NCBI GenBank assembly: GCA_963742245.1
Contig: CAVULG010000009.1
Span: 84,169-148,168 of the forward strand
Length of the DNA stretch: 64,000 nt
Direction: 5' to 3'
Source of the DNA: an uncultured Acidobacteriota bacterium
GTDB taxonomy: Bacteria > Acidobacteriota > Thermoanaerobaculia > UBA5066 > Gp7-AA6
Shown here: positions 10,844 to 20,546 of the stretch, piece by piece
Layout: the number at the start of each line of letters is the position of its first letter
Numbering within the stretch: position 1 is the first letter of the stretch
Position numbers and translations under genes: made by a program
Notes under the pieces: generated by a model
The model's input: only the letters and a program-made list of their open reading frames with translations
The model's database searches: none
Told to the model about the DNA's origin: nothing

Positions 10844-12301
10844 ATGCGCCGAAGCTCGAGATCCTCCCGACGCGAATTCCTGAGGCGCACGGCGTGCGCC
10901 GCTGCGAGCGCCGCGGCCGCCCAGGCCGGCTTTTCGAAGCTCGGCCTCATGAACCTCTACGCGCGTCCGCTCGCGCCGAGCGACTACCGCGCCCTCGTCT
11001 GCGTGTTCCTCGACGGAGGCAGCGACACCAACAACGTGATCATCCCGACCGACACGACGCACTACAACCAGTACATCGCGGCACGCCCCATCGACTCGGG
11101 TCTCGGCATCGACGCGGCGGACCTGCTGCCGATCGACACGCCGCCCGTCTTCGGCGGCACCGGGCGCACGTTCGGTCTGCACCCGAGCCTCACGGAGCTC
11201 CAGGGGCTCTTCAACGACAACAAGATGGCGGTCGTCTGCAACGTCGGCCCGCTCGTCGAGCCGGTGACCCAGCAGGACATCACCGACGAGAGCAAGCCTC
11301 TCCCCTACGCCCTCTTCTCCCACTCCGACCAGGTCGGCTGCTGGGCGACGGGACGCGCGGACCAGCGGATCCCGACGGGCTGGGGCGGCCGCATCGCGGA
11401 CGCGACGCTCGCCTGCAACACGGCCTCGGGCTTTCCGACGGTCACCTCGATCGACGGGGCGGCCGTCTTCACGCTCGGTCTCGCGCAGAACCCCCTCGCG
11501 ATCGACACGGGCGCGCTGGACCAGGTCCTCGTCCTGAACGGCTACTACGGCTCGCCCGGGGACGTGGCCCGCAAGAACGCGATGGACTTCGCGCGCACGA
11601 TCGACCGTTCGGCCCTGCTGATGGCGGCGACGAGCGACCTCACGCAGCAGGCGGTCGACATCAGCGGCGCCTTCTCAGTCGATCCGACGATCGGGACGAC
11701 GTTTCCCTCGACGTGGCTCGGCGACCAGCTCCTCCAGGTCGCCAAGGTCATGAAGCTCAACCTGACCTCGCCGCAGCTCTCGCTCAACCGTCAGATCTTC
11801 TTCGTCACGCAGGGCGGGTACGACACCCACCAGAGCCAGGGCCCCGATCACGCGGCCCTCCTCTCGGATCTCTCGGCCGCGCTCTCCGCCTTCTACGCCG
11901 CGACGCAGGAGCTCGGCCTCGCCGACCGCGTCACGTCCTTCACCCTCTCCGACTTCGGCCGCACGCTCGGGCCTTCCGGCGACTACGGCTCGGTCGGCAC
12001 GGATCACGGCTGGGGCAGCCACCAGCTCGTTCTCGGCGGCGGCGTCAACGGCGGCGACTTCTACGGCACGCCCAACGGCGCCACCGGCTCGATGTTCCCG
12101 GAATTGGTCTACGGCGGGCCCGACGACGTCTCGCCGTACGACCGGGGACGCTGGATTCCGACGACGGCTGTGGAGCAGTACGGCGCGACGCTGGCGAGCT
12201 GGTTCGGCGTGCCGGCGGGAGATCTCTCGACGGTCTTCCCGCTCATCGGCAACTTCGGCAGCACGAACCTCGGTTTCCTCGGCGCCGGCTCGGGCTGCTG
12301 A
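10844..12301 (+). CDS. DUF1501-domain protein (Tat-exported, sulfatase-like fold)
   Basis: ATG 10844 lies inside ORF 8024..12301. Twin-arginine signal SRREFLRR, plus DGGSDTNN and GTDHGWG motifs. It is the classic partner of DUF1800. Confidence 0.85.
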   Translation: MRRSSRSSRREFLRRTACAAASAAAAQAGFSKLGLMNLYARPLAPSDYRALVCVFLDGGSDTNNVIIPTDTTHYNQYIAARPIDSGLGIDAADLLPIDTPPVFGGTGRTFGLHPSLTELQGLFNDNKMAVVCNVGPLVEPVTQQDITDESKPLPYALFSHSDQVGCWATGRADQRIPTGWGGRIADATLACNTASGFPTVTSIDGAAVFTLGLAQNPLAIDTGALDQVLVLNGYYGSPGDVARKNAMDFARTIDRSALLMAATSDLTQQAVDISGAFSVDPTIGTTFPSTWLGDQLLQVAKVMKLNLTSPQLSLNRQIFFVTQGGYDTHQSQGPDHAALLSDLSAALSAFYAATQELGLADRVTSFTLSDFGRTLGPSGDYGSVGTDHGWGSHQLVLGGGVNGGDFYGTPNGATGSMFPELVYGGPDDVSPYDRGRWIPTTAVEQYGATLASWFGVPAGDLSTVFPLIGNFGSTNLGFLGAGSGC

Positions 12302-12308
12302 CGGGACC

Positions 12309-12334
12309 GGGCCGGGGACGAGCCCCGCCCCTAC
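12309..12334. repeat. REP-like hairpin, CTAC-type (single copy)
   Basis: GGGCCGGGG-ACGAG-CCCCGCCC-CTAC lies just after the DUF1501 stop. Confidence 0.7.
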
Positions 12335-12516
12335 GAAGACGGCCGGGGCTGCACGCCGGGTAGAATCCGCCTACGAACCCCGAAGTCGCCGCTGCCATCG
12401 ACTCGCTTCGCGACCGAAGCATCCTGACTGATGCCCAGGCGGCTGCCTTCCGTCCCGTTGCGCGCGGGGATCTCGTCTCCGTTCGCGCGCTGCTCCGCCT
12501 GCTCCTCTACGGCGGC

Positions 12517-13350
12517 GTGCTTCTCGCCGCGGGAGGGATCGGTCTCTTCCTCAAGGAGAACCACGACCGGCTCGGGCCCGCGCTCGTCGCGAGCCTGGCG
12601 GGCACAGCGGCCATCGCGTGTCTGGCTTACGTCGTCCGCCGCGCTCCCCGATTCTCCTGGGGCGAGGTCGAGTCGTCGCACGTCGCCGTGGACTACCTGC
12701 TCCTGCTCGGAATGCTCCTCGTGGCCGCCGACCTCGCGTACATCGAGGCCCAGTTTCGTTGGCTCGGACCGAACTGGGCGTATCACCTGCTGGCGGTCGC
12801 GATCCTCTACTTTGCCGCGGCCTACCGGTTCGACTCGCGCGCGGTGCTCACGCTCGCGCTGACTTCGTTCGCGGCGTGGCGCGGCGTCGAGGTCGGAATG
12901 CCGTTCGCCGGCCGGCGGCTGGCGGCCGCCGTCGCCTCGCCCGGCGTCGTGCGCGCCAACGCGATCGCCTGCGGGTTGCTGTACCTCGCCGCGGGAGCCG
13001 TGACGCTGCGGCTGCGGCGCAAGCCGCACTTCGAGCAGGTCTACGTCGCGGGCGGGCTCCTGCTGGTCTTCGGCGCGATGGTCAACGGCGCGTGGGACGA
13101 GCGGTTCGCCACTTGGCATCTCTGGCTCGCCGCGCTGGCCGTCGCAGCTGTCGTCGTCGCCGTCGTCACGTATCGGCTGCGCCGGGCGCTCGACTTCGGG
13201 ATCGCGATCGCGGCTTTCTACCTTGCCGGCATGCGGACGATCGGCGAGATTTTCTACAGTCGTTCGAGCGCCTTCATGCTCGCCCTGTGGAGCGTGCTCG
13301 CGCTCGTCGTCCTGATCCGGGCGACGCGCCGGATGCGGAGCGAGGCGTGA
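12517..13350 (+). CDS. DUF2157-like multi-pass membrane protein (N-terminus uncertain)
   Basis: Seven to eight hydrophobic helices. The first canonical start is GTG 12517, but protein-like in-frame sequence extends upstream to a stop at 12361. Confidence 0.6.
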   Translation: MLLAAGGIGLFLKENHDRLGPALVASLAGTAAIACLAYVVRRAPRFSWGEVESSHVAVDYLLLLGMLLVAADLAYIEAQFRWLGPNWAYHLLAVAILYFAAAYRFDSRAVLTLALTSFAAWRGVEVGMPFAGRRLAAAVASPGVVRANAIACGLLYLAAGAVTLRLRRKPHFEQVYVAGGLLLVFGAMVNGAWDERFATWHLWLAALAVAAVVVAVVTYRLRRALDFGIAIAAFYLAGMRTIGEIFYSRSSAFMLALWSVLALVVLIRATRRMRSEA

Positions 13351-14516
13351 ACCGCGCGTGGGTCGCCGCCGCGCGCGCCGCCGAGGTGCGCGGCGCTGCG
13401 CGAGGGTGGACCGATGCGAAGGCGATCGATGCACCGACGCGCGCCGCCATCGAGTCTGCCTATCCCGACGCGCGCATCGCGCTGCACCCCGTCTGGCGCG
13501 TCCTCGTCTTCATGGCGGCGTGCGTCGCCGTCTTCGCGCTGTACTTCGCCGTCTTCCACAACGACCTCGAAGGGCTGTGGCCGGCTTCGGCAGCCGCGAC
13601 GGTCCTGGTGCTGGCGACCGAGGCCATCCGGGGCTCCCGAGCCTCCGGCACCGGAGCCGACGCGGCGACCGCCTTCCTGGGTTACGTCTTCGCTCTCGTC
13701 GCCACACTCGTGCTCCTGGGCGACCTGGGGGGCATCGACGGCGATGCGACCCTCAATGTCCTCCTCGAGCTCTCCTGTGTGCTGGCGGCTCTCTTCGCGT
13801 GGCGTTGGGGGTTCTGGGGCTTCGCCGCGGTTTCGGCGGCAAGCGCCTTCGCTCTGGCCGCGCGGGCGCCGGCCGGACGCGCCATCTGGATGGTCTTGTC
13901 GCTGGGCCTTCTCTTTGCAACGGACCGGCTTCGCGATCGCGCATCGATCGCGCCACCCCACCGCAGGAGCCTCGCGGCCGTGTTCGTCGTGTCCGCGGCC
14001 GCCTTGTACTGCACCGTCAGTCTCTACGCGCTCGATCATTTCTGGATCGAGGCAATCAGGGTCCTGTTCCAACGCCCGCCCGCGCCGCCTCCGCTGCCCT
14101 CCGCGTTGCGGATCTTCGCAGGGGTTGCCACGGCGGTCTTCCCGGTCGTCTTCCTTGCCTGGGGCCTCCGCACCCGCCGCCCGCTTCTCCTCGTGATCGC
14201 GATCGCTTCGGGCGCTCTCTCCGTCGCAACCTTCCGCCACTACGTTCCGATCGGGCCGCGCTGGGCGTTCCTCACGGTCTGCGGCGCGCTCGTCGTCGGA
14301 GCGGCGCTCTGGATCCACCGGCGTCTGCGCGACGCGCCCGGCGGCGTCTGGAGAGGCTTCACCGCGAGCCCCCTCTACTCGGGCGACGCGGGTCTCTCCC
14401 CCCTCTCGGCCCTCGGAGCCGGCCTCGTCCTGCCGCACGCGCCGGAGCCGGACCGCGGCGGTCTCACGACCGGCGGCGGCCAGTACGGCGGCGGTGGCGC
14501 GTCGGGGCAGTACTGA
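13347..14516 (+). CDS. multi-pass membrane protein with Gly/Tyr-rich C-terminal tail
   Basis: GTG 13347 overlaps the previous stop (GTGA). About 10 TM helices. The tail reads GGLTTGGGQYGGGGASGQY. Confidence 0.6.
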   Translation: MNRAWVAAARAAEVRGAARGWTDAKAIDAPTRAAIESAYPDARIALHPVWRVLVFMAACVAVFALYFAVFHNDLEGLWPASAAATVLVLATEAIRGSRASGTGADAATAFLGYVFALVATLVLLGDLGGIDGDATLNVLLELSCVLAALFAWRWGFWGFAAVSAASAFALAARAPAGRAIWMVLSLGLLFATDRLRDRASIAPPHRRSLAAVFVVSAAALYCTVSLYALDHFWIEAIRVLFQRPPAPPPLPSALRIFAGVATAVFPVVFLAWGLRTRRPLLLVIAIASGALSVATFRHYVPIGPRWAFLTVCGALVVGAALWIHRRLRDAPGGVWRGFTASPLYSGDAGLSPLSALGAGLVLPHAPEPDRGGLTTGGGQYGGGGASGQY

Positions 14517-14535
14517 CTAGGTTCGCGGCATGATC

Positions 14536-14602
14536 GGGCGGGGACAAGCCCCGCCCCTACCCAAGCTTGCGATCCTCGTAGGGGCGGCCCTCGCGGCCGC
14601 CC
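14536..14602. repeat. inverted pair of REP-like hairpins between convergent genes
   Basis: GGGCGGGG-ACAAG-CCCCGCCC-CTAC (14536-14560) and GTAG-GGGCGGCC-CTCGC-GGCCGCCC (14578-14602). Confidence 0.8.
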
Positions 14603-14614
14603 TTCTGCGCCGCC

Positions 14615-16138
14615 CTATTTCCCCTTCAGGATCTCGATCGAGCCGTTGGAGTCCGCGAGCGTCAGCGGGCACTTGCCGTCGCCGATGCGGCCGTTCAGGA
14701 CCTCGCTCGAGGGCGAGCCCGAAACGGTCAGCGGCAGCTCGGTGTTGATCTTGCCGAACGACGTGCGCGCGTCGACCGTGTAGCCCGCCCCCTCCGGAAG
14801 ACGCACGGTGATCGGACCGAACGAGGTCTTGAGCGAGACCGGCTGGCACGCGCCGGGCTTGCCCGCTGCCGTGAAGACCTCGATCGCGCCGTTGGAGTTC
14901 TCGACGTCGATGCGCCCGGCCACGTCCTGGAGCCATACCGCGGCGAACGACGTCCGCACGTCGGCGCCGCCCTTGATCGCCTGCGCCTTGACGGCGCCGT
15001 TGGAGTTCCGGACTTCCAGGTCCCCGTTGATGCGCGTCGCCTCCGCGGCGCCGAAGCTCGTCTCGAGAGACGCCGCGCCCCCGATGTCGGCCGCCGACAC
15101 GGGAGAGTTCTGGCCGACGATCTTGACGCCCTTCTGGATCTTCGTCGCCGAGATCTTCGCGAACGATCCGCTGAGGTCCGCCGTCCCCGCGACGTCGTTG
15201 ACGGCGATCGAGCCGTTGTCGTTCTTCACGGTGGCATCGCCGCCGATCGCCGACAGCACCACGCTTCCGAACGACGACCGGATCGTGGCCGCCCCGCGGA
15301 TCGTTTCGGCGTTGACGGCGCCGTTGGAATTTTCGATGTCGAGCGGGCCGCCCAGGTTGCGCGCCTCGACACTGCCGAACGAGTTCTCGATCGAGACCGC
15401 GCCCTTGGTGTCGTTGACGATCGCAGCGCCGTTGGAGCCCGAGATCACGAGCTTGCCCGAGATCCGCGACGCCGCGACCTTGCCGAACCGGTTGCGGATG
15501 ACCGCCTCGCCGGTGATGTCGGAAACCTCGACACCCCCGTTGGAGCCCTGGACCTCGACGTTGCCCGCGTTGGTCACGACCTCGATCGATCCGAAGGCGT
15601 TCTCGATCCTCTGCGAGCCCCTGCCGTTGCGGAAGACGACCTTCCCGTTCGCGTTGGAGATCGCGCCGTTCGCCTTGAGGTTCTCGACGGACACGTCGCC
15701 GAACTTGTTGTGCGCCGAGAGCGGCATGGTCTCCGGGAGCACGATGTCGTAGTCGACCGAGTAGGACACGAAGCCCGACCCCGAAAAGTGCCACTTCTTC
15801 TGCGGGTATTTCGTTTCGACGACGATCGCCGAGCCGGATTCCGCGACCTCGATCCGGATGCCGTCCCCGAAGGTCTTCGCCTCGCCCGAGGCCGACGTCG
15901 AGACCTCGACGCGGGCCCGGATCCGGACCTCCGGCAGGGCGTGCGTCGTGATCCGGAGCTTCCCCTGGCTGTGATCGATTTCGAAACGCTGTCCCGGCTT
16001 GGCCGTCAGCGTCCTCGAGAAGTCGCGGTTGTAGTCGTCGCGGGACTCGCGGCTTTCCGACGCGAGGCCGGGGGATGCCGCAAGGACGGCGACAGCACAC
16101 AGGGCGGCGCCTGCGAAGAGACGGTATCGGCGGTTCAT
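14615..16138 (-). CDS. DUF4097-family beta-strand repeat protein (putative adhesin)
   Basis: ATG 16138 (MNRRYRL, signal peptide) lies inside ORF 14615..16681. Many N-x-NG-x-[VI] / SFG-x-[VI] repeats. Confidence 0.8.
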   Translation of the reverse strand: MNRRYRLFAGAALCAVAVLAASPGLASESRESRDDYNRDFSRTLTAKPGQRFEIDHSQGKLRITTHALPEVRIRARVEVSTSASGEAKTFGDGIRIEVAESGSAIVVETKYPQKKWHFSGSGFVSYSVDYDIVLPETMPLSAHNKFGDVSVENLKANGAISNANGKVVFRNGRGSQRIENAFGSIEVVTNAGNVEVQGSNGGVEVSDITGEAVIRNRFGKVAASRISGKLVISGSNGAAIVNDTKGAVSIENSFGSVEARNLGGPLDIENSNGAVNAETIRGAATIRSSFGSVVLSAIGGDATVKNDNGSIAVNDVAGTADLSGSFAKISATKIQKGVKIVGQNSPVSAADIGGAASLETSFGAAEATRINGDLEVRNSNGAVKAQAIKGGADVRTSFAAVWLQDVAGRIDVENSNGAIEVFTAAGKPGACQPVSLKTSFGPITVRLPEGAGYTVDARTSFGKINTELPLTVSGSPSSEVLNGRIGDGKCPLTLADSNGSIEILKGK

Positions 16139-16797
16139 GACTTGACCTCTTTCATCAGATCCTGCAGCGTCTTCTGCTTCTCGCGGTAGACCGCGAGGAG
16201 CTCGCGCCGCAGGTGGGTGTTGTAGCGGTTCTGCTCGATCGAAGACTGAAGGTCCGCAATCGCGGAATCGAGGACGGCGAGCTTCTCGCGGAAGTTCAGG
16301 GCGAGCGGGGTCGAGGCCGAGGCCAGGCGCGGCTGCGCGAGGCGCGAGAGTTTCTCGATCGAGGCGAGGTAGACCTTCTCCGCGTCCTCGACCTCGTCGG
16401 CGGCGGACTCGGCGAGGATCGGATCGCGCGTCGTCTCCCAGTGGGACACGAGCGGGTCCCGGCCGCCGCCGTCGCGGAAGACGAAGAGCCCGGCGGCCGC
16501 GATCGCGAAAAGCGCCGCAAGCGCCCCGGCCGGGAGGAAGCGCAGCCAGCTTGCCCGTTGCGGCGCTACCGCGCCGGCGGCTTGTGACTCCTCGGCGAGC
16601 CGCTGCCGGATCGCCGGCCAGAGATTCGGCGAGCTCCACGCCGTTTTCAACGACGGCCCCGCAGCGGAGAGGCGGCGCCACTCCGAGAGCTCGCGCGCGC
16701 AGTCGGCGCAGGTCCGGGCGTGCCCCTCGAAGGCCGCGGACAGCGCGGAATCCTCGCCCGACAGAGCGCGCTCGAGGTCGCGGCAGGAGGCCTTCAC
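16135..16797 (-). CDS. anti-sigma factor (zf-HC2 type, single TM)
   Basis: The H-x3-C-x2-C motif (HARTCADC) lies near the N-terminus, followed by one TM helix. There are 4-nt overlaps with both neighbours. Confidence 0.8.
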   Translation of the reverse strand: MKASCRDLERALSGEDSALSAAFEGHARTCADCARELSEWRRLSAAGPSLKTAWSSPNLWPAIRQRLAEESQAAGAVAPQRASWLRFLPAGALAALFAIAAAGLFVFRDGGGRDPLVSHWETTRDPILAESAADEVEDAEKVYLASIEKLSRLAQPRLASASTPLALNFREKLAVLDSAIADLQSSIEQNRYNTHLRRELLAVYREKQKTLQDLMKEVKS

Positions 16798-17363
16798 TGC
16801 GCCTCCTCCGGAAGGAACGCGCCGCCCGCCGACAGGGTCTTCTGGAGCCGGCGCTTGGCGCGGAACAGCAGCGAGCGCGACGTCGACTCGGGCACCTCGA
16901 GGATCTCGGCCGCCTCGCGATGCGAGAAGCCTTCGACCTCGCAGAGAAGAAACGCCGACCGCTCCCGCGGCTCGAGCCGCTTCAACGCCATCTCGATCGC
17001 GATGCGCAGCGCATGGTCTCCGCCTTCCCCGCCGAGGGCGATCTCCGCGGGCATCGGCCCCTCCGGGCGCCGGCGGTTGCGGCGGATGAAGTCGTAGCAG
17101 GTGTTCACGAGGATCCGGTAGAGCCAGGTCGACACGCTCGCGCCGCCGCGAAAGCCCGCCGCACCGCGGTAGGCCTTGAGCATCGCCTCCTGCACGGCAT
17201 CCTCCGCATCCGCGAGGTTGCCGAGAAGACTGGCCGCGATCGACTTCATCCTGTCTCCGTGCTCCAAAAAGATCCGTTCATAGGCCGCGAGGCTGCCTGT
17301 CCGGAGCTCTTCGAGAAGCTGTGACGGGGCCCCTTCGCCGGGCCGGGATTCGGTGCCTGACAG
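16794..17363 (-). CDS. ECF RNA polymerase sigma factor (probable CTG start; first canonical start is TTG 17267)
   Basis: Region 2 (AEDAVQEAMLKAY) and region 4 (REAAEILEVPESTSRSL) are present. Region 2.1-like sequence (SQLLEELRTGSLAAYERIF) lies upstream of TTG 17267. In-frame CTG 17363 is preceded by AAGGAG at a 6-nt spacing. Confidence 0.75.
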   Translation of the reverse strand: MSGTESRPGEGAPSQLLEELRTGSLAAYERIFLEHGDRMKSIAASLLGNLADAEDAVQEAMLKAYRGAAGFRGGASVSTWLYRILVNTCYDFIRRNRRRPEGPMPAEIALGGEGGDHALRIAIEMALKRLEPRERSAFLLCEVEGFSHREAAEILEVPESTSRSLLFRAKRRLQKTLSAGGAFLPEEAQ

Positions 17364-17505
17364 GTCGAACTCCTTTGCCGTCTGTGCGATGGGAACGAGC
17401 GAATCCAGCCTACACCTGCCTCCGGGATCGTCGAAGGAACCATTCCCGGCTCCTTAGACGTCGGGGCGGGGCGTTTCGTTGTGGGACGGGGGCCGAAATT
17501 TCGTT

Positions 17506-17573
17506 GGGGTCAGGTCTCGATTTTTCGGACGCCCCGCTGCCGGATGAACACCGAAAATTCGAGACCTGACCCC
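17506..17573. repeat. long near-perfect hairpin (23-bp arms, 22-nt loop) in a divergent intergenic region
   Basis: GGGGTCAGGTCTCGATTTTTCGG (17506-17528) pairs with CCGAAAATTCGAGACCTGACCCC (17551-17573) with one mismatch. It is followed by CGGGGTTTTTCGG. Confidence 0.8.
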
Positions 17574-17654
17574 CGGGGTTTTTCGGTTACTGCTCGAAGG
17601 GGTCCGCGAGGCCGGCGGATCTCTCCCCGGATATCCTCCGTCCCGGGAGGCCCC

Positions 17655-18170
17655 ATGCGCCGAGCTCCTGTTTTCGCCCTGCTCGCCCTGGCAACGCTGC
17701 TTTCCGGCATGGCCGCGGGCGCCGGCGCCCAGGAGGCCGTCTTCGTGGTCCGTCACGGCGAGAAGATTTCGGACGAGGACGAGCGCCTGACGGACGCCGG
17801 CCGCGCCCGCGCGGCGCGCCTCGCGGCGATGCTCGGCAAGTCGGGAGTCACCGCGATCTACTCGACCGACACCGACCGGACGCTCGGAACGGCCCGCCCC
17901 CTCGCCGTCGCGCTCGGCTTGAAGATCGGGATCTACGAGGTGACGACCCCGACCGCGCGCGCGGACTCGGCCGCCCTCGTCGAGCGCATCCGCCGCGAAG
18001 CGCCCCGCGGGACCGTCCTCGTCGTCGGCCACAGCAACACCGTGCCGCTGCTGCTCACGGCCTTCGGGTGCGCGGAGACCGTCACGATCGGCAGCGACGA
18101 ATACGACAACCTGTTCGTCGTCGTGCCGAAGGCAGAAACGGCGACGGCGCTCGTGCGGCTGAGGTACTGA
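17655..18170 (+). CDS. secreted histidine phosphatase family protein (SixA/PGAM-like)
   Basis: ATG 17655 lies inside ORF 17481..18170. Signal peptide, RHGEK catalytic motif and VVGHSN. Confidence 0.75.
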   Translation: MRRAPVFALLALATLLSGMAAGAGAQEAVFVVRHGEKISDEDERLTDAGRARAARLAAMLGKSGVTAIYSTDTDRTLGTARPLAVALGLKIGIYEVTTPTARADSAALVERIRREAPRGTVLVVGHSNTVPLLLTAFGCAETVTIGSDEYDNLFVVVPKAETATALVRLRY

Positions 18171-18188
18171 GCCGGGTCGGGATGCCGG

Positions 18189-19995
<1,807 letters not shown>

Positions 19996-20505
19996 GACCG
20001 TGTGCCCCGCGCCGATCTCGCCGGCGTCGACCTTCTCGTCGCGAAACTGCGCGTCGTCGATGTCGCGGTTCTCGTACCCGAGCAGTCGATAGCGGGAGAC
20101 GACCGCCGGATCGAACTCGACCTGCACCTGCGCATCCGAGGCGATCGTCTGGAGCGTGCCGGTGAGGTTCTCGACGAAGGCCCGCTGCGCCTCGCGCAGC
20201 GTGTCGACGTAGATGTAGCGCCCGTTGCCCTTGTCGGCCAGCTGCTCCATGAGCACGTCGTTGTAGTTGCCCATTCCGAAACCGACGGTCGTCAGCTCGA
20301 TGCCGGCCTTCGTTTCGCGCTCGATCGTGCCGAGGATGCCGTCCGCGCCGGTCAGACCCTCGTTGGCCACGCCGTCGGAGCAGAGGATCACGCGGTGGAG
20401 CCCGTCCTCGCGCCGGTTCCGCACCGCCATCTCGTAGCCCACGCGCAGCCCGGCTTCGGCGTTGGTCGATCCGCTGGCCTCGAGCCGGTCGATGGCGGCC
20501 CCTGC
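19996..20505 (-). pseudogene. remnant of a YfbK-like VWA/DUF3520 gene (both ends missing)
   Basis: The translation AAIDRLEASGSTN...VILCSDGVANEG...GFGMGNYNDVLMEQLADKGNGRYIYVD...VSRYRLLGYENR...VDAGEIGAGHTV matches the middle of VWA proteins. There is no MIDAS N-terminal part, no start codon and no C-terminal domain. Confidence 0.7.
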
Positions 20506-20526
20506 GCATCGGCCCCATGGAAACCT

Positions 20527-20542
20527 CCCGTCATCGGACGGG
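20527..20542 (-). terminator. short hairpin just downstream of the RNase II-family gene
   Basis: CCCGTC-atcg-GACGGG lies 5 nt after the stop codon and is followed on the minus strand by AGGTTTCC. The T-tract is weak. Confidence 0.35.
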
Positions 20543-20546
20543 AACT

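Noticed and set aside
12331-13434. 367-aa minus-strand ORF opposite the DUF2157-like gene
   Set aside because: Highly charged, low-complexity translation. The plus strand encodes coherent TM helices.
14615-16138. Periodic signal in the DUF4097 gene considered as a DNA tandem repeat or array
   Set aside because: The periodicity is at the amino-acid level (NG-x-V beta-strand repeats). The nucleotide copies are diverged and lie inside one continuous ORF.
17246-17443. 65-aa ORF with strong AAGGAG-ATG upstream of the ECF sigma
   Set aside because: It is not called as a gene. The translation is low-complexity and overlaps the conserved sigma N-terminus out of frame. It is kept only as part of the start-codon finding.
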